Both the position numbers and the translations under genes were made by a program. From positions 1 to 58,371 of the forward strand of contig CAYNBB010000005.1 in assembly GCA_964395655.1 (NCBI GenBank): a DNA stretch of 58,371 nucleotides, in the 5' to 3' direction. Below are positions 58,179-58,371 of the stretch, piece after piece; position 1 is the stretch's first letter, and the number at the start of each line of letters is the position of its first letter. The notes under the pieces are model-generated. The model had not been told where the DNA came from. It searched no databases and saw only the letters and a list, made by a program, of their open reading frames with translations. This stretch comes from an uncultured Azospirillaceae bacterium. GTDB lineage: Bacteria > Pseudomonadota > Alphaproteobacteria > RF32 > CAG-239.

Positions 58179-58371
58179 TTCCGCAGTTCACAATTAAAAT
58201 AAAGCCATGCAAAATGACTTAGGTTCGCTGTATGCGAACTGAGGAGCAAGAAAAAGCCCCTCATCCACAAAATCCGCCCGGAAAAAACGATTTAACGAGG
58301 GGCTCGGGTTTTATTTGCTCGCTCAGCTTGCCTTTTGAGCCTCTTTCCGATAAATAAACTTAGGCTCCTTT

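Noticed and set aside
1-58371. CRISPR array, tRNA/rRNA, IS or integrase
   Set aside because: No spaced direct repeats, cloverleaf or rRNA signatures, or transposase/recombinase ORFs recognised by eye

Overview
Chromosomal window from an alphaproteobacterium. Evidence: ctrA, chpT, fliI-fliJ, and the alpha-type neighbourhoods mfd/recG, radC-map-sfsA, ispH..rnhA, dsbD/yqgE and slt..udg..TPR. By inference it is a reduced, probably gut-associated Rhodospirillales-like lineage (RF32-type), because several respiratory and biosynthetic genes normally found inside these gene strings are absent. About 50 CDS; no rRNA, tRNA, CRISPR array, transposase or integrase was recognised. Besides housekeeping genes it holds hpnCDE (squalene synthesis), a chpT-cheY-cheR remnant, a mosaic surface-glycan operon, a peptidase/inactive-transglutaminase/ATP-grasp operon, several Cys-rich secreted proteins and a class of SD-less accessory genes. 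Best candidate for something undescribed: a ~260-nt structured leader (41216-41473, minus strand) between a sigma70 promoter and the glycan operon, with mutually exclusive terminator and antiterminator folds. All family calls are from motif recognition by eye; no searches were run.
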